Source of the DNA: Octopus bimaculoides | Taxonomy: Eukaryota | DNA length: 38,517 bases | Assembly (NCBI RefSeq): GCF_001194135.2 | Contig: NC_069000.1 | Location: 12,241,846-12,280,362 of the forward strand | Direction: 5' to 3' | Part shown: positions 10,651 to 22,124 of the stretch, one piece after another | How the letters are laid out: each line of letters starts with the position of its first letter | Position numbering within the stretch: position 1 is the first letter of the stretch | Translations under genes and position numbers: made by a program | Notes under the pieces: model-generated | Database searches by the model: none | What the model saw: the letters and a program-made list of their open reading frames with translations, nothing else | What the model was told of the DNA's origin: nothing

Positions 10651-12311
10651 GTGTATAAAGGAAACCAAATCAGAATGCATGTCATAGATGCAGTTACTGA
10701 AAAATCTGTTTTTTTGTTTTGAAATTGTGTCCTTGGGAGAATATTTATTGATATCGCGTAATTTTTCTTATTAGACTTTTTGTAAGAGCAATGACCACAA
10801 AGTTAACAAAATATAAAACTGCAAACACGGCTCTATTTTATGAAATTCACTTTATAACAACGTGGTGCAACTCTACCGTATGGCATCCCGGTAAAGTCCT
10901 TTATATTATCATCCAATTTCGTTCCAAACTTTGGGCGTGAAATCTGGTTGACGAAAATTATACAGACGTACGTTAGGTGAACTGAAATCATGGATAGTCT
11001 ACTGAACATGTCGGCCGTTTCTATAAAATCATCTCTATAGTATGGCCAAGAAATCATAGGGCTCCACCATATGTCAGATTTGACATGATGATTTAAACCT
11101 GCTCCCTCTGTGCGCTATATATATATATGTATATATATANNNNNNNNNNNNNNNNNNNNNNNNNNNNNNNNNNNNNNNNNNNNNNNNNNNNNNNNNNNNN
11201 NNNNNNNNNNNNNNNNNNNNNNNNNNNNNNNNNNNNNNNNNNNNNNNNNNNNNNNNNNNNNNNNNNNNNNNNNNNNNNNNNNNNNNNNNNNNNNNNNNNN
11301 NNNNNNNNNNNNNNNNNNNNNNNNNNNNNNNNNNNNNNNNNNNNNNNNNNNNNNNNNNNNNNNNNNNNNNNNNNNNNNNNNNNNNNNNNNNNNNNNNNNN
11401 NNNNNNNNNNNNNNNNNNNNNNNNNNNNNNNNNNNNNNNNNNNNNNNNNNNNNNNNNNNNNNNNNNNNNNNNNNNNNNNNNNNNNNNNNNNNNNNNNNNN
11501 NNNNNNNNNNNNNNNNNNNNNNNNNNNNNNNNNNNNNNNNNNNNNNNNNNNNNNNNNNNNNNNNNNNNNNNNNNNNNNNNNNNNNNNNNNNNNNNNNNNN
11601 NNNNNNNNNNNNNNNNNNNNNNNNNNNNNNNNNNNNNNNNNNNNNNNNNNNNNNNNNNNNNNNNNNNNNNNNNNNNNNNNNNNNNNNNNNNNNNNNNNNN
11701 NNNNNNNNNNNNNNNNNNNNNNNNNNNNNNNNNNNNNNNNNNNNNNNNNNNNNNNNNNNNNNNNNNNNNNNNNNNNNTATATATATATATATATATGCAT
11801 GTGAGTGCGTGCGTGTGCATGAATGTGGGTGTGAGTGTGTTTGTGGATGCGTGTGCATTCAAATATGTGTGTATGTGTATATATATGTATGTATAATTAT
11901 GTGTATATGCTCATAATCCGCAAAAACTTATACGCACACAGATGAGCATAGTTGCACATGTTCGTCACTTTCAGACATATATACATAAACACATACATAC
12001 ATACATACACACCTATCTATGTCTCTACACAGACAAACGCGTGTGCTAACAAAACGCATACATATGTGCTCACATCACGTACGCACGCACACACGAACAT
12101 ACATGTATGCAGTACACACACACACATACACACACATACTCACAATCACGCAAGCACACACACACACACACACGCGTAACCAAAAACATTGCCTGCATAT
12201 ACTCCCACACAAACATATGTATGTTTAGGCAATATTTACTCCCCCACACATACATCCCCATACACATCCACATATATGCTCGTACACAGATGTACACTCT
12301 CTTACATACAC

Positions 12312-12352
<41 letters not shown>

Positions 12353-12433
12353 TGTGTATGTGTAATTGTGTGCGTGTGCACTTTTACGTATGTGCATGTA
12401 TGTGAGTATTGTATGTCTGAGTTTGTGTGTGTG

Positions 12434-12437
<4 letters not shown>

Positions 12438-12478
<41 letters not shown>
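12438..12478. repeat. (GA)n microsatellite
   Basis: Direct reading. Confidence 0.95.
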
Positions 12479-12485
<7 letters not shown>

Positions 12486-13130
12486 GGAAATAGAGAGAGA
12501 GATTGAGAAAGCTGACACGCAACCCCGAACGCATTCTCTCAGACACCTATAGCGAGAGAAACAGATGGTGAGAAACTGAAGAATTAGAACAACACCAACA
12601 TTAGTGTTAGAACTCACCAGAATGTTTTTCCCACCATCTGGAACTAACTATTCATCCATGTGTTTCCTCAAATGGTTATGGTCTTGCAGTGGTTTAAACC
12701 TAAGGACCCCTCTATTTCCTATCCGCTCTCGTCTCATTTTATCTCCCTTGCAGTTTTGTCCCCGTGTCATACAGACATCTAAAAACCAATAAAATTACAA
12801 GAAAATTGATTAATGATTGGAGTGAGGTATTGTTTTCTGTGTTGATTGTATTGGACATGGCGTGTGTAAGTCCGTTCGACAAATTTTGGATTCGCGAATT
12901 TTGATTGAAGAGAGTTGTAGTAAACATTTACCTCGTAAATAAAAATAGTGATAAGAACGAGGAACAACTGCAATCAAACAATGTTAGTCCGTCCACGATG
13001 ACCCAAATGGCCAGATTCTGTGGCCGCGTAAAGAATAACTTTATAAAACTTAGAATTAGAATCTTATATAAAATATTGAAATGTATGTCGAAAGATTTTG
13101 TATATATATATTTATATATATATATATATC

Positions 13131-13348
13131 TACTCTTTACTCTTTTACTCTTTTACTTGTTTCAGTCATTTGACTGCGGCCATGCAGGAGCACCGCCTTT
13201 AGTGGAGCAAATCGACCCCAGGACTTATTCTTTGTAAGCCTAGTACTTATTCTATTGGCCTCTTTTGCCGAACCGCTAAGTTACGGGGACGTAAACACAC
13301 CAGCATCGGTTGTCAAGCGATGTTGGAGGGACAAACACAGACACACAA

Positions 13349-13390
<42 letters not shown>

Positions 13391-13627
13391 NNNNNNNNNN
13401 NNNNNNNNNNNNNNNNNNNNNNNNNNNNNNNNNNNNNNNNNNNNNNNNNNNTATATATACATATGTATATGTATATATGTGTATGTGTGAGTACTTGAGC
13501 TTCTTTCAGTTTCCGTCTACCAAATCCACTCACAAGGCTTTGGTCGGCCCGAGGCTATAATAGAAGACACTTGCCCAAGGTCTCACGCAGTGGGACCGAA
13601 CCCGGAACCATGTGGTTGGTAAACAAT
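13131..13627 (-). mobile_element. SINE family B (CORE-like), near full length, with central CA/TA microsatellite and assembly gap
   Basis: On +: tail (TACTCTTT)n-TACTTGTTTCAGTCATTTGACTGCGGCCATGC...GGACAAACAC, microsatellite with gap 13391-13451, then GCTTCTTTCAGTTTCCGTCTACCAAATCC...CTTGCCCAAGG...CCCGGAACCATGTGGTTGGTAA. Confidence 0.92.
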
Positions 13628-13723
13628 GTCGACCTCAACGGAATTTGAACACAGAACGTAGCGGCAGACGAAATACCGCTAAGCATTTCACCCGGCTGCT
13701 AACGTTTCTGCCAGCTCGGCGCC
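13628..13723 (-). mobile_element. SINE family A head, abutting the family B copy
   Basis: Minus strand GGCGCCGAGCTGGCAGAAACGTTAGCAGCCGGGTGAAATGCTTAGCGGTATTTCGTCTGCCGCTACGTTCTGTGTTCAAATTCCGTTGAGGTCGAC. Confidence 0.9.
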
Positions 13724-14607
13724 CTCGAACTTACAAATTAAAATTACACGACGACTGGGCATGGGAGGCCAACATTTCTTGGCTCAGCAGCAATGAGAAC
13801 AGTATAAATGACACATTAGGAGACTTCGTTTCTTCAAATGAGAGTTCGAACTCATGCATAGCAGACTTCATCACCTCTTAATCTGAGAACTGTATAGCCT
13901 AGGGGTTAACACACCATAGTTTAAAGGAAAGCAACTGTACAAATATATTAGTCAAGTGGCCAATTAAAATGTTCAGAAAAATCCGATTTAACTTCTTTCC
14001 CAGTACAGCGTATTGAGTAATCCCTGCTCTATGCAGAGATGAAGGTTAATATTTATAAAATATGTCAGTAGACCTACTCCTGTAATGCACCACTCTGCGT
14101 ATTTTGAGCGCAGACGTTATCGTATACATATGCAGGGTCCGATATTTGTTCCACATCTGTGCAATAAGCGATTCTGCATATGTCTACCACACGCATTAAA
14201 AATCTACATGCATCTGTACGCAAGAACTTTTGTATACGCGTCTAGAATTTCCCTTTGCTGAATATTCGGGGACATACACACAGCTATCTAAAGATTTTAG
14301 TTGAAAGATTGGGGCAGGCTGCTTGTAATGTGTTAAGATTTCCCAATTCTCAAGTAACCCAACAGCATATTTAGGTATGTTAAAGTACTTTGTAGTATAA
14401 ACGAGATAAGCCTAAAGCAAACAGCTGCTAAAATGTGTAAGTGTTCGCCTGTCGATTCGCTTAAGGTTTTCAGTGGGAAAAAAAAGAGAAAGAAAAAGAA
14501 AAAAAGTTTTGGTAACCGCGGAAGCAGCAGTATTCCAAATATCAAGTCTCTCCAGAGACATGGAATAGAGTTTCACATACTTTCATATTGCAAGACAAGG
14601 AAGCACG

Positions 14608-14610
<3 letters not shown>

Positions 14611-14670
<60 letters not shown>
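14611..14670. repeat. (AC)n microsatellite
   Basis: Direct reading. Confidence 0.95.
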
Positions 14671-14675
<5 letters not shown>

Positions 14676-14733
14676 AACACACATACATAAATACAAAGAC
14701 AGTCAAATATACTGAAGCACAGACTCAAGTACT

Positions 14734-14811
<78 letters not shown>

Positions 14812-15214
14812 AAAATGGATGCACAAACATAACTACTGACACACACACATACACACATGGACACACATACACGCACACATACACATTTATGTATGTACAT
14901 GAACACACACAACGGTAAAGACACGCACACACACACACACACATATGTAAAAACAGAGGCATTCATGTAGATTATACGCAAAAACACAACAGAGGGTAGA
15001 TAATGAAATGACGCTTGCATACATAATCATGAATTCACATCACTCACTTTGACTTACAAACATTCAAACATAACCAGAATGAATCATATAAACATGTGTA
15101 AATCTATCTATCTATCTATGTGTGTGTGCACATACATACATACACACATATATATATATATAATAATTTAATGATCGTTATGTATGTGTTTTTTCGTGTT
15201 TTGTTCCGATGGTA

Positions 15215-15300
15215 ACCACTCCTGAAGAAGTGCCAAATGTCAAAATCCAATGGACCAGTCACTGGATAAGTTTGGCACAGAAATGTTAACATAGAGTGGT
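15215..15300 (+). ncRNA. Putative type I hammerhead ribozyme, minimal Penelope-like type with palindromic stem III
   Basis: Stem I ACCACTC (15215-21) / GAGTGGT (15294-300); core CTGAAGA (15222-28); stem II GTGCCAAA (15230-37) / TTTGGCAC (15271-78); GAAA (15280-83); stem III palindrome ATGTTAACAT (15283-92); H17 = A15293; AATAAA at 15302-07. A-A opposition at 15229/15279 is non-canonical. Paired by hand; activity untested. Confidence 0.72.
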
Positions 15301-15369
15301 GAATAAATCGATATATCGAGTTTGAAGTCTCTGTCTCTTTTGAATATGAAAATTTAAAAGTTAAAAACC

Positions 15370-15407
<38 letters not shown>

Positions 15408-15644
15408 AACGAATGCGTATGTGCCATTTGTGTGGGTGTGTATTCAATTATCGGTGCATATCAATCTGAAATTACCAAAGAAATATTTAGAACTGCTTGT
15501 ACATGATTCTCTCACTCGCTTTCTCTCTCCCTATCTCTTTTTCTCTCTCTCACTGTATCGATCTATATATCTAGTGGCTAATATAACGCATTTCATTGTC
15601 ATAACTTTTCCCCTAATAGTATGCCCACCTCTCAATTTTTAAAA

Positions 15645-15852
15645 TATTCCTTTCTACTATAGGAACAAGGACGAACATTTGGGGGCTGGGACTAGTCGAT
15701 CAGATCGACGCCAGTGTTCAACTCGTGCTTAATTCATTAACCCCAAGAAAATTAAAGATAAAGTCAACTTTGGCAGAATTTGAACTCAGAACGTAAGAAA
15801 TACCACGAAGCATTTTGCCCAGCGAGTTGTCGATTCTGCCAGCTCTTCGCCA
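15645..15852 (-). mobile_element. SINE family A, diverged copy
   Basis: On +: TTTCTACTATAGGAACAAGG (tail), GTCGATCAGATCGAC, AAAGTCAACTTTGGCAGAATTTGAACTCAGAACGT, AAGCATTTTGCCC, GATTCTGCCAGCTCTTCGCC (head). Confidence 0.85.
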
Positions 15853-16067
15853 TCTATAATTTAAAAAAAAATAATGCTAATAGTGTCTCCTAATAAAATC
15901 GCATAGCTGGATACTATCCATCCGAGGTTTGTTATGATATTCAAGCATTTCTTCTTTATGCTTATTATATAAGAAAAAAACCTTTTTGATATTTACATGA
16001 AGTCAGCAAAGAGAAACTCGGAGTAACGGTTTCAAATGACTTCAGTTTCAAATAAGTCATGTGTATA

Positions 16068-16260
16068 TATTATTCTTTTCTACTCTATGAATAAGGCCCG
16101 AAATTTTGGGGGAGGAAGACAGTCGATTGGACCGACCCCAGTATGCAACTGGTGCTTAATTTATCAACCCCGAAAGGATGAAAGACAAAGTCAACCTCAG
16201 CGGAATTTGAACTCAGAGCCTAAAAACAGACGAAATACCACTAAGCATTTCGCCTAACGT
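16068..16260 (-). mobile_element. SINE family A, 5'-truncated second unit of a head-to-tail pair
   Basis: On +: TTCTTTTCTACTCTATGAATAAGGCCCGAAATTT ... CCCCGAAAGGATGAAAGACAAAGTCAACCTCAGCGGAATTTGAACTC ... AAGCATTTCGCCTAACGT. Confidence 0.88.
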
Positions 16261-16495
16261 TTCTTACTTGTTTATTGCCCACAAGGGGCTAAACATAGGG
16301 GGGACGAACAAGGACAGACAAAGGGATTACGTCGACTACATCGACCCCAGTGCGTAACTGGTACTTAATTTATCGACCTCGAAAGCATGAAAGGCAAAGT
16401 CAACCTCGGCGGAATTTGAACTCAGAACGTAACAGCAGGCTAAATACCACTAAGCATTTCGCCCTGCGTGCTAACGATTCTGCCAACTCGCCGCC
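16261..16495 (-). mobile_element. SINE family A, full length, long-tail variant
   Basis: Complete head (minus GGCGGCGAGTTGGCAGAATCGTTAGCACGC), B-box GAGTTCAAATTCC, GTCGA-N5-TCGAC hairpin, and alternative tail ...GTCCTTGTTCGTCCCCCCTATGTTTAGCCCCTTGTGGGCAATAAAC. Confidence 0.92.
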
Positions 16496-16527
16496 TTAAG
16501 TAATCTTTTCTACTCTAGGCACAAGGC

Positions 16528-16643
<116 letters not shown>

Positions 16644-16855
16644 ACGTAAATAGTGTAATTTTATGAAGAAATGCAAAATTTTACATATTGAAATGTAAAT
16701 ACTTTCCACAATTCAGACCGCTTAAAACACTGAGTTTAGCAACTTCCTGGTACATGATAAGAACTATATGGAAAGGATTCTGAAATATAAAGCACTACGG
16801 ATACGGATTTCGGTACTACTTCGATAATGGTCTACAAAATGACAGGTATGAGGAG

Positions 16856-17043
16856 ACGCCATCATTTACCCTCCTTTCCAGCCTAGCCTCTTTATCTGTG
16901 TCAGGAGTGAATGCTGCGTGGGTAAATGATGCCGTGTATCAATATTGAATGATTGCCCGGACTTTAATAATGTATCAGAGACAGGATTCGATCTTTCGAA
17001 TCCTCGGTCGCTAACTTGACACCTTACCGACTCGGCCAAGCTG
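16856..17043 (-). mobile_element. Possible old tRNA-derived SINE of a fourth family
   Basis: Minus strand TGGCCGAGTCGGTAAGG (A-box-like) and AGATCGAATCC (B-box-like), followed by a body with a 16-bp inverted repeat. Single copy in window; no valid cloverleaf. Confidence 0.4.
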
Positions 17044-17297
17044 CAATTCTGGTAAAAATGTTACTCAAGAAAGTCTCCCTAACCGCTCACCCTCCTCTAT
17101 CGACAAGATTTGCCTCACCACATTCTAACCCTAACCCCCCCCACTTTTTTTTTTTTTTTATCTACAATCCTATCCGAATGTCTGATATAACAGATATGTA
17201 TATTGAGCTGGTATTTATATTTCCCTCTTTTCTACTGTTTAACGTACTATTATTGTTATTAGTATATCACCATCGCCATCATCATCATCATCGTCGT

Positions 17298-17338
<41 letters not shown>

Positions 17339-17519
17339 GAATAATCCTTATCCTCATCAACATCACTACCACAACCAACCAACCAGCCAACCAACCAAGA
17401 AAACCACCACCACACCCGCCACGACTGCCCCCCCCCCNNNNNNNNNNNNNNNNNNNNNNNNNNNNNNNNNNNNNNNNNNNNNNNNNNNNNNNNNNNNNNN
17501 NNNNNNNNNNNNNNNNNNN

Positions 17520-17561
<42 letters not shown>

Positions 17562-20500
17562 GATATTTTATATTTACATAACACATCTACCCTGGCCTAG
17601 TTTGGTTATCATTTGAACACGTATATATTCTTCGCCATGTGTGTGTTTGTGTTTGCGTTTGTATGTGTATGTGAGTATGCGCGTAAGAGAGACACACGGA
17701 CAGAGAGAGAGAGTGTGTGTGTGTGTGTGTGTGTGTGTACGATTTTGCGTGTGTTTGTGTATGGGTGTTTATGTATAAATTTATATGTTTGTGCTTATGT
17801 ATGAATCTGTGTAATGTCGTACAAAAAAACAAAAAGAAAAGCAAAAAGCAGTCAACAAGCTGGAGAGGGCACACCCACAACACACATATTCATATCATGC
17901 ATACGCAAACGTAATGAAAATCATTTATCTGCGACAAAATACTTTCATAATTTCTCACCTCTTTCTCCCTAGACACACACACACACACACAAACACATTT
18001 GCTCTCATAGGTTTATGTATCTCTCTATTTCTATCTCGCCTTCTCTCTCCCTCAATATACATACATACATACATATATACATATATATATGCTTACACTC
18101 ATACATATGTATCGTTATTAATATAGATATATGTGTGTTTATATAAACGGGTACATGTGCGTATGTGTATGGATATATATATATATTCTTTAAAGATGTT
18201 TGGATACAAACATAAATGGTTTACATTCAAGAATAACCATCGGAAGCTAATTTGTATTTGCAACGACACTTAATTTAGTAAATGTAAACACGTATTCTTC
18301 GTTTAATAGTAGATTAGTCTTCAAAAAATGTAACATTATATATATATATATATNNNNNNNNNNNNNNNNNNNNNNNNNNNNNNNNNNNNNNNNNNNNNNN
18401 NNNNNNNNNNNNNNNNNNNNNNNNNNNNNNNNNNNNNNNNNNNNNNNNNNNNNNNNNNNNNNNNNNNNNNNNNNNNNNNNNNNNNNNNNNNNNNNNNNNN
18501 NNNNNNNNNNNNNNNNNNNNNNNNNNNNNNNNNNNNNNNNNNNNNNNNNNNNNNNNNNNNNNNNNNNNNNNNNNNNNNNNNNNNNNNNNNNNNNNNNNNN
18601 NNNNNNNNNNNNNNNNNNNNNNNNNNNNNNNNNNNNNNNNNNNNNNNNNNNNNNNNNNNNNNNNNNNNNNNNNNNNNNNNNNNNNNNNNNNNNNNNNNNN
18701 NNNNNNNNNNNNNNNNNNNNNNNNNNNNNNNNNNNNNNNNNNNNNNNNNNNNNNNNNNNNNNNNNNNNNNNNNNNNNNNNNNNNNNNNNNNNNNNNNNNN
18801 NNNNNNNNNNNNNNNNNNNNNNNNNNNNNNNNNNNNNNNNNNNNNNNNNNNNNNNNNNNNNNNNNNNNNNNNNNNNNNNNNNNNNNNNNNNNNNNNNNNN
18901 NNNNNNNNNNNNNNNNNNNNNNNNNNNNNNNNNNNNNNNNNNNNNNNNNNNNNNNNNNNNNNNNNNNNNNNNNNNNNNNNNNNNNNNNNNNNNNNNNNNN
19001 NNNNNNNNNNNNNNNNNNNNNNNNNNNNNNNNNNNNNNNNNNNNNNNNNNNNNNNNNNNNNNNNNNNNNNNNNNNNNNNNNNNNNNNNNNNNNNNNNNNN
19101 NNNNNTATATATACATATATATATGAATGTATGTATATGTATACATGTATATATCCATGTATATATATTTGTGTGTGAGTGTGGCTGTGTGTGCGTGTAT
19201 GTCTGCGTGTATATCAATTATACTCACCTACATGCAAAAAGAGCAACATAATAGTCGCTGAATATTATAAGTATTCACATTACAACTTGAACTTTCGCGA
19301 ATACAGGGCTCATCAGGCAGAGTGTAGTATGTTTCATGCTGAAATATAATATAATATATAGATTTTAAAATTTGACACTCGTCAATCATCATGGCCTGAT
19401 ATTTTAAACGCTCTGTTTGGCTGACTTATTTACGTGGCCTTATTGAGAAAATTGAACTCACACACGACCCGTTCATTGCATCCACATGCTCTCTCCTGCA
19501 CGAATAGATTTGATGCAATTCAGCTTCTCTCTTGACCCAATTTGCTATTGGAATTAATCCACATCGCCACAGTCACATCACTGACTGGCAATCAGCTTTT
19601 GCTCAGAGCTATGCTTCTTCTAGTCCGGCCTCTCTTCAGAGTGGTCTCTTCGAATGTAAATAATGTAAATACGTTATTTTCTTATTTTATTAAAATTTGG
19701 CGATTTTTTAACGCTTCCTTACATAAGGAGAAATTTTAAGTGACCTTAAAATACCTGGGAACAAATAACGTTTTCATAGGTTTCGTCTTTCAACGCTATA
19801 TGAAAAATAAGCCATGAACATATACCTTCCAATCCTTTCGTCCTGTATCTTACTTTCTCACAGATTTCTGGACTTTCCAACTTGCCTACTTTCGCTATGG
19901 GGAAAAATTATTTCTGTTAAAATGCGCTTCAACCCTCCAATTCTCTGAGAAGTGTATGAGAAAAGGAGTTTATCAGTTTCTTAGGCAGAAACCAAACGAA
20001 ATCGCCAATCTCTGAAATAGAGAACATCCTCTCTTGCATCAGACAGATAAATTTCTTTTGCATTCTCTTGATATATTCGGAACAAGAAATGTTTTTAAGC
20101 AACAAGGCTGCTAACCATACACAAACTTATAACTTAGGAGGACAAAGCTCATGTTCAGCAATTTTTAATGTTTATAGAAAAGCAGTAAATGATCTTCTTT
20201 GTATCACCTGGAGAGATTCCGAAACCAATGCAAGTAGACATGTATGTTACTACGTCAATATCAAAATAGTTGCAAATGAAAACGCTTTAGTAATGAAATA
20301 GTTACAGCAAACCAAGTGTACTTACTTACAGCATGTCAGAATACAAGTATTAATAGATCTGCTTTGATTGTTTAACCAACTGGTGTTTGTACATATTCTT
20401 GAATGGAGAGCGCCTCAAGAGGGATTTTTTACTGAAAAATATATTCTTGAAGAAACTACTTAACATAAAAAATATAATAGCTTTGTGCACATGCAAGAAT

Positions 20501-20994
20501 ACGATAACAATTGGAAATGAAACCGATGTAGTTTTAAACATTTAAAACGAAATTTCATATCTAAAGATGTGGTTAATACATTGAAATACTGTAATTATAT
20601 TTTGATAAAACTGCCTCTTTTAACTGATTGCTAACATTCGTTTCGTAACAAATGTATTGCATATAATATCTATATAAAAGGATTCCAAGTGTTACGATGA
20701 CGTTTCAGGCCAATGTTACTAAACCAGATGCTATGGGTGATATTCCAAACGTGAAAATAGCACAGACGAAATATATACTTTTAAAAACGAGTTGGGGATT
20801 TTATTTATATCATATTATAAAAAAGAAGCTGATCTCTGGCTGTCTGTCCGTAAGGACATTTATATATAGAGAGAGAAGAAAGGGAAGAATGTTAAAGAAG
20901 AATCAGAAGGGGAAGAATCAAAAGATAACAACTGTCACAAACTATATTTAGAAGGGAAGGAGAAAAAGTTGCTGTTGACAGAGAAATACAGTGA

Positions 20995-20998
<4 letters not shown>

Positions 20999-21071
<73 letters not shown>

Positions 21072-21092
21072 TGTGTGTGTGTGTGTGTGTGT
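20999..21092. repeat. Compound (GA)n(GT)n microsatellite
   Basis: Direct reading. Confidence 0.95.
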
Positions 21093-21672
21093 CTGAAAGA
21101 TAGATAGCTAGGTAGTGCTATCACCATAGTGACTAACAACTTTTGATTAAAAATGTAGGTATTTCATGTGCAAATCTGTCAACTCAACGCAACACAAGCC
21201 GCACTTGTCTTAGATATATCGGAGGTTTGATATCATCTTTTATTCATAGATATATAAATATCATTTAAGATTTTGATTCAATAATCCATACATTTATCCA
21301 GTGGTAGGAGGACGTCTGAGAATGACGACGAACTGAAAAAGAAAAAAGAAATTATTAAATAGTGCTTTGTGTCTTTAAAAGTTTTTACTTGCATAATATG
21401 ACAATGAAGCAATGAAAGACATGGTTCGAAAATTACACTCACACACATACACGCAAGCGCACGCACGCACACGCACATACATACACACACTCACACTCGC
21501 ATGCACATAAACACATACATAGGCACATATGCACTCACATGCACACATATATACGTACATACACAGTGAGAGAAATAATTTAATGAAACCTTATTTAACA
21601 ATAAGAAAATTCTAATATCATGACATATATACATGCATACACACACACTCACACATATATATATATAACATG

Positions 21673-21822
21673 CCTTTTTCAGTTTCCGTGTACCAACACT
21701 GCTCGCAAGCAAGTCTTTGGTCGGCCCGGGGTGATTGCAGAAGATCTTATCAAGATTCCACGCAGAAACCGAGCCCAGAACCTTGTTGTTGGAAAACAAA
21801 CTTCTTACTACACAGTCGCCAC
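21673..21822 (-). mobile_element. SINE family B, diverged 5' half
   Basis: TTTTTCAGTTTCCGTGTACCAA...CTTTGGTCGGCCCGGGG...AGAAGATCTT...CCACGCAG...CCCAGAACCTTGTTGTTGG...CTTCTTACTACACAGTCGCC matches 13495-13627. Confidence 0.75.
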
Positions 21823-21852
21823 ACGCGCACACACATACGTACATACATGTAT

Positions 21853-21887
<35 letters not shown>

Positions 21888-22089
21888 TATAAAGTACACA
21901 TGCATAGTCACAAATCCACATACACNNNNNNNNNNNNNNNNNNNNNNNNNNNNNNNNNNNNNNNNNNNNNNNNNNNNNNNNNNNNNNNNNNNNNNNNNNN
22001 NNNNNNNNNNNNNNNNNNNNNNNNNNNNNNNNNNNNNNNNNNNNNNNNNNNNTCGCCACACGCGCACACACATACGTACATACATGTAT

Positions 22090-22124
<35 letters not shown>

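Noticed and set aside
10833-11057. Minus-strand ORF with FTGMPYGRVAPRC resembling a P450 heme motif
   Set aside because: Does not fit FxxGxRxCxG; splice donor weak; no other P450 exons seen.
16975-17043. tRNA gene
   Set aside because: A-box and B-box-like words present but acceptor and T stems do not pair; treated as a SINE-like head.
19280-19330. Minus-strand CTGATGA-GC...GC-GAAA hammerhead core
   Set aside because: Stem II only 2 bp; no stem I or stem III complement.
19590-19650. Minus-strand ACCACTCTGAAGAG resembling the start of the 15215 hammerhead
   Set aside because: No GAAA box after a stem II and no stem I partner.
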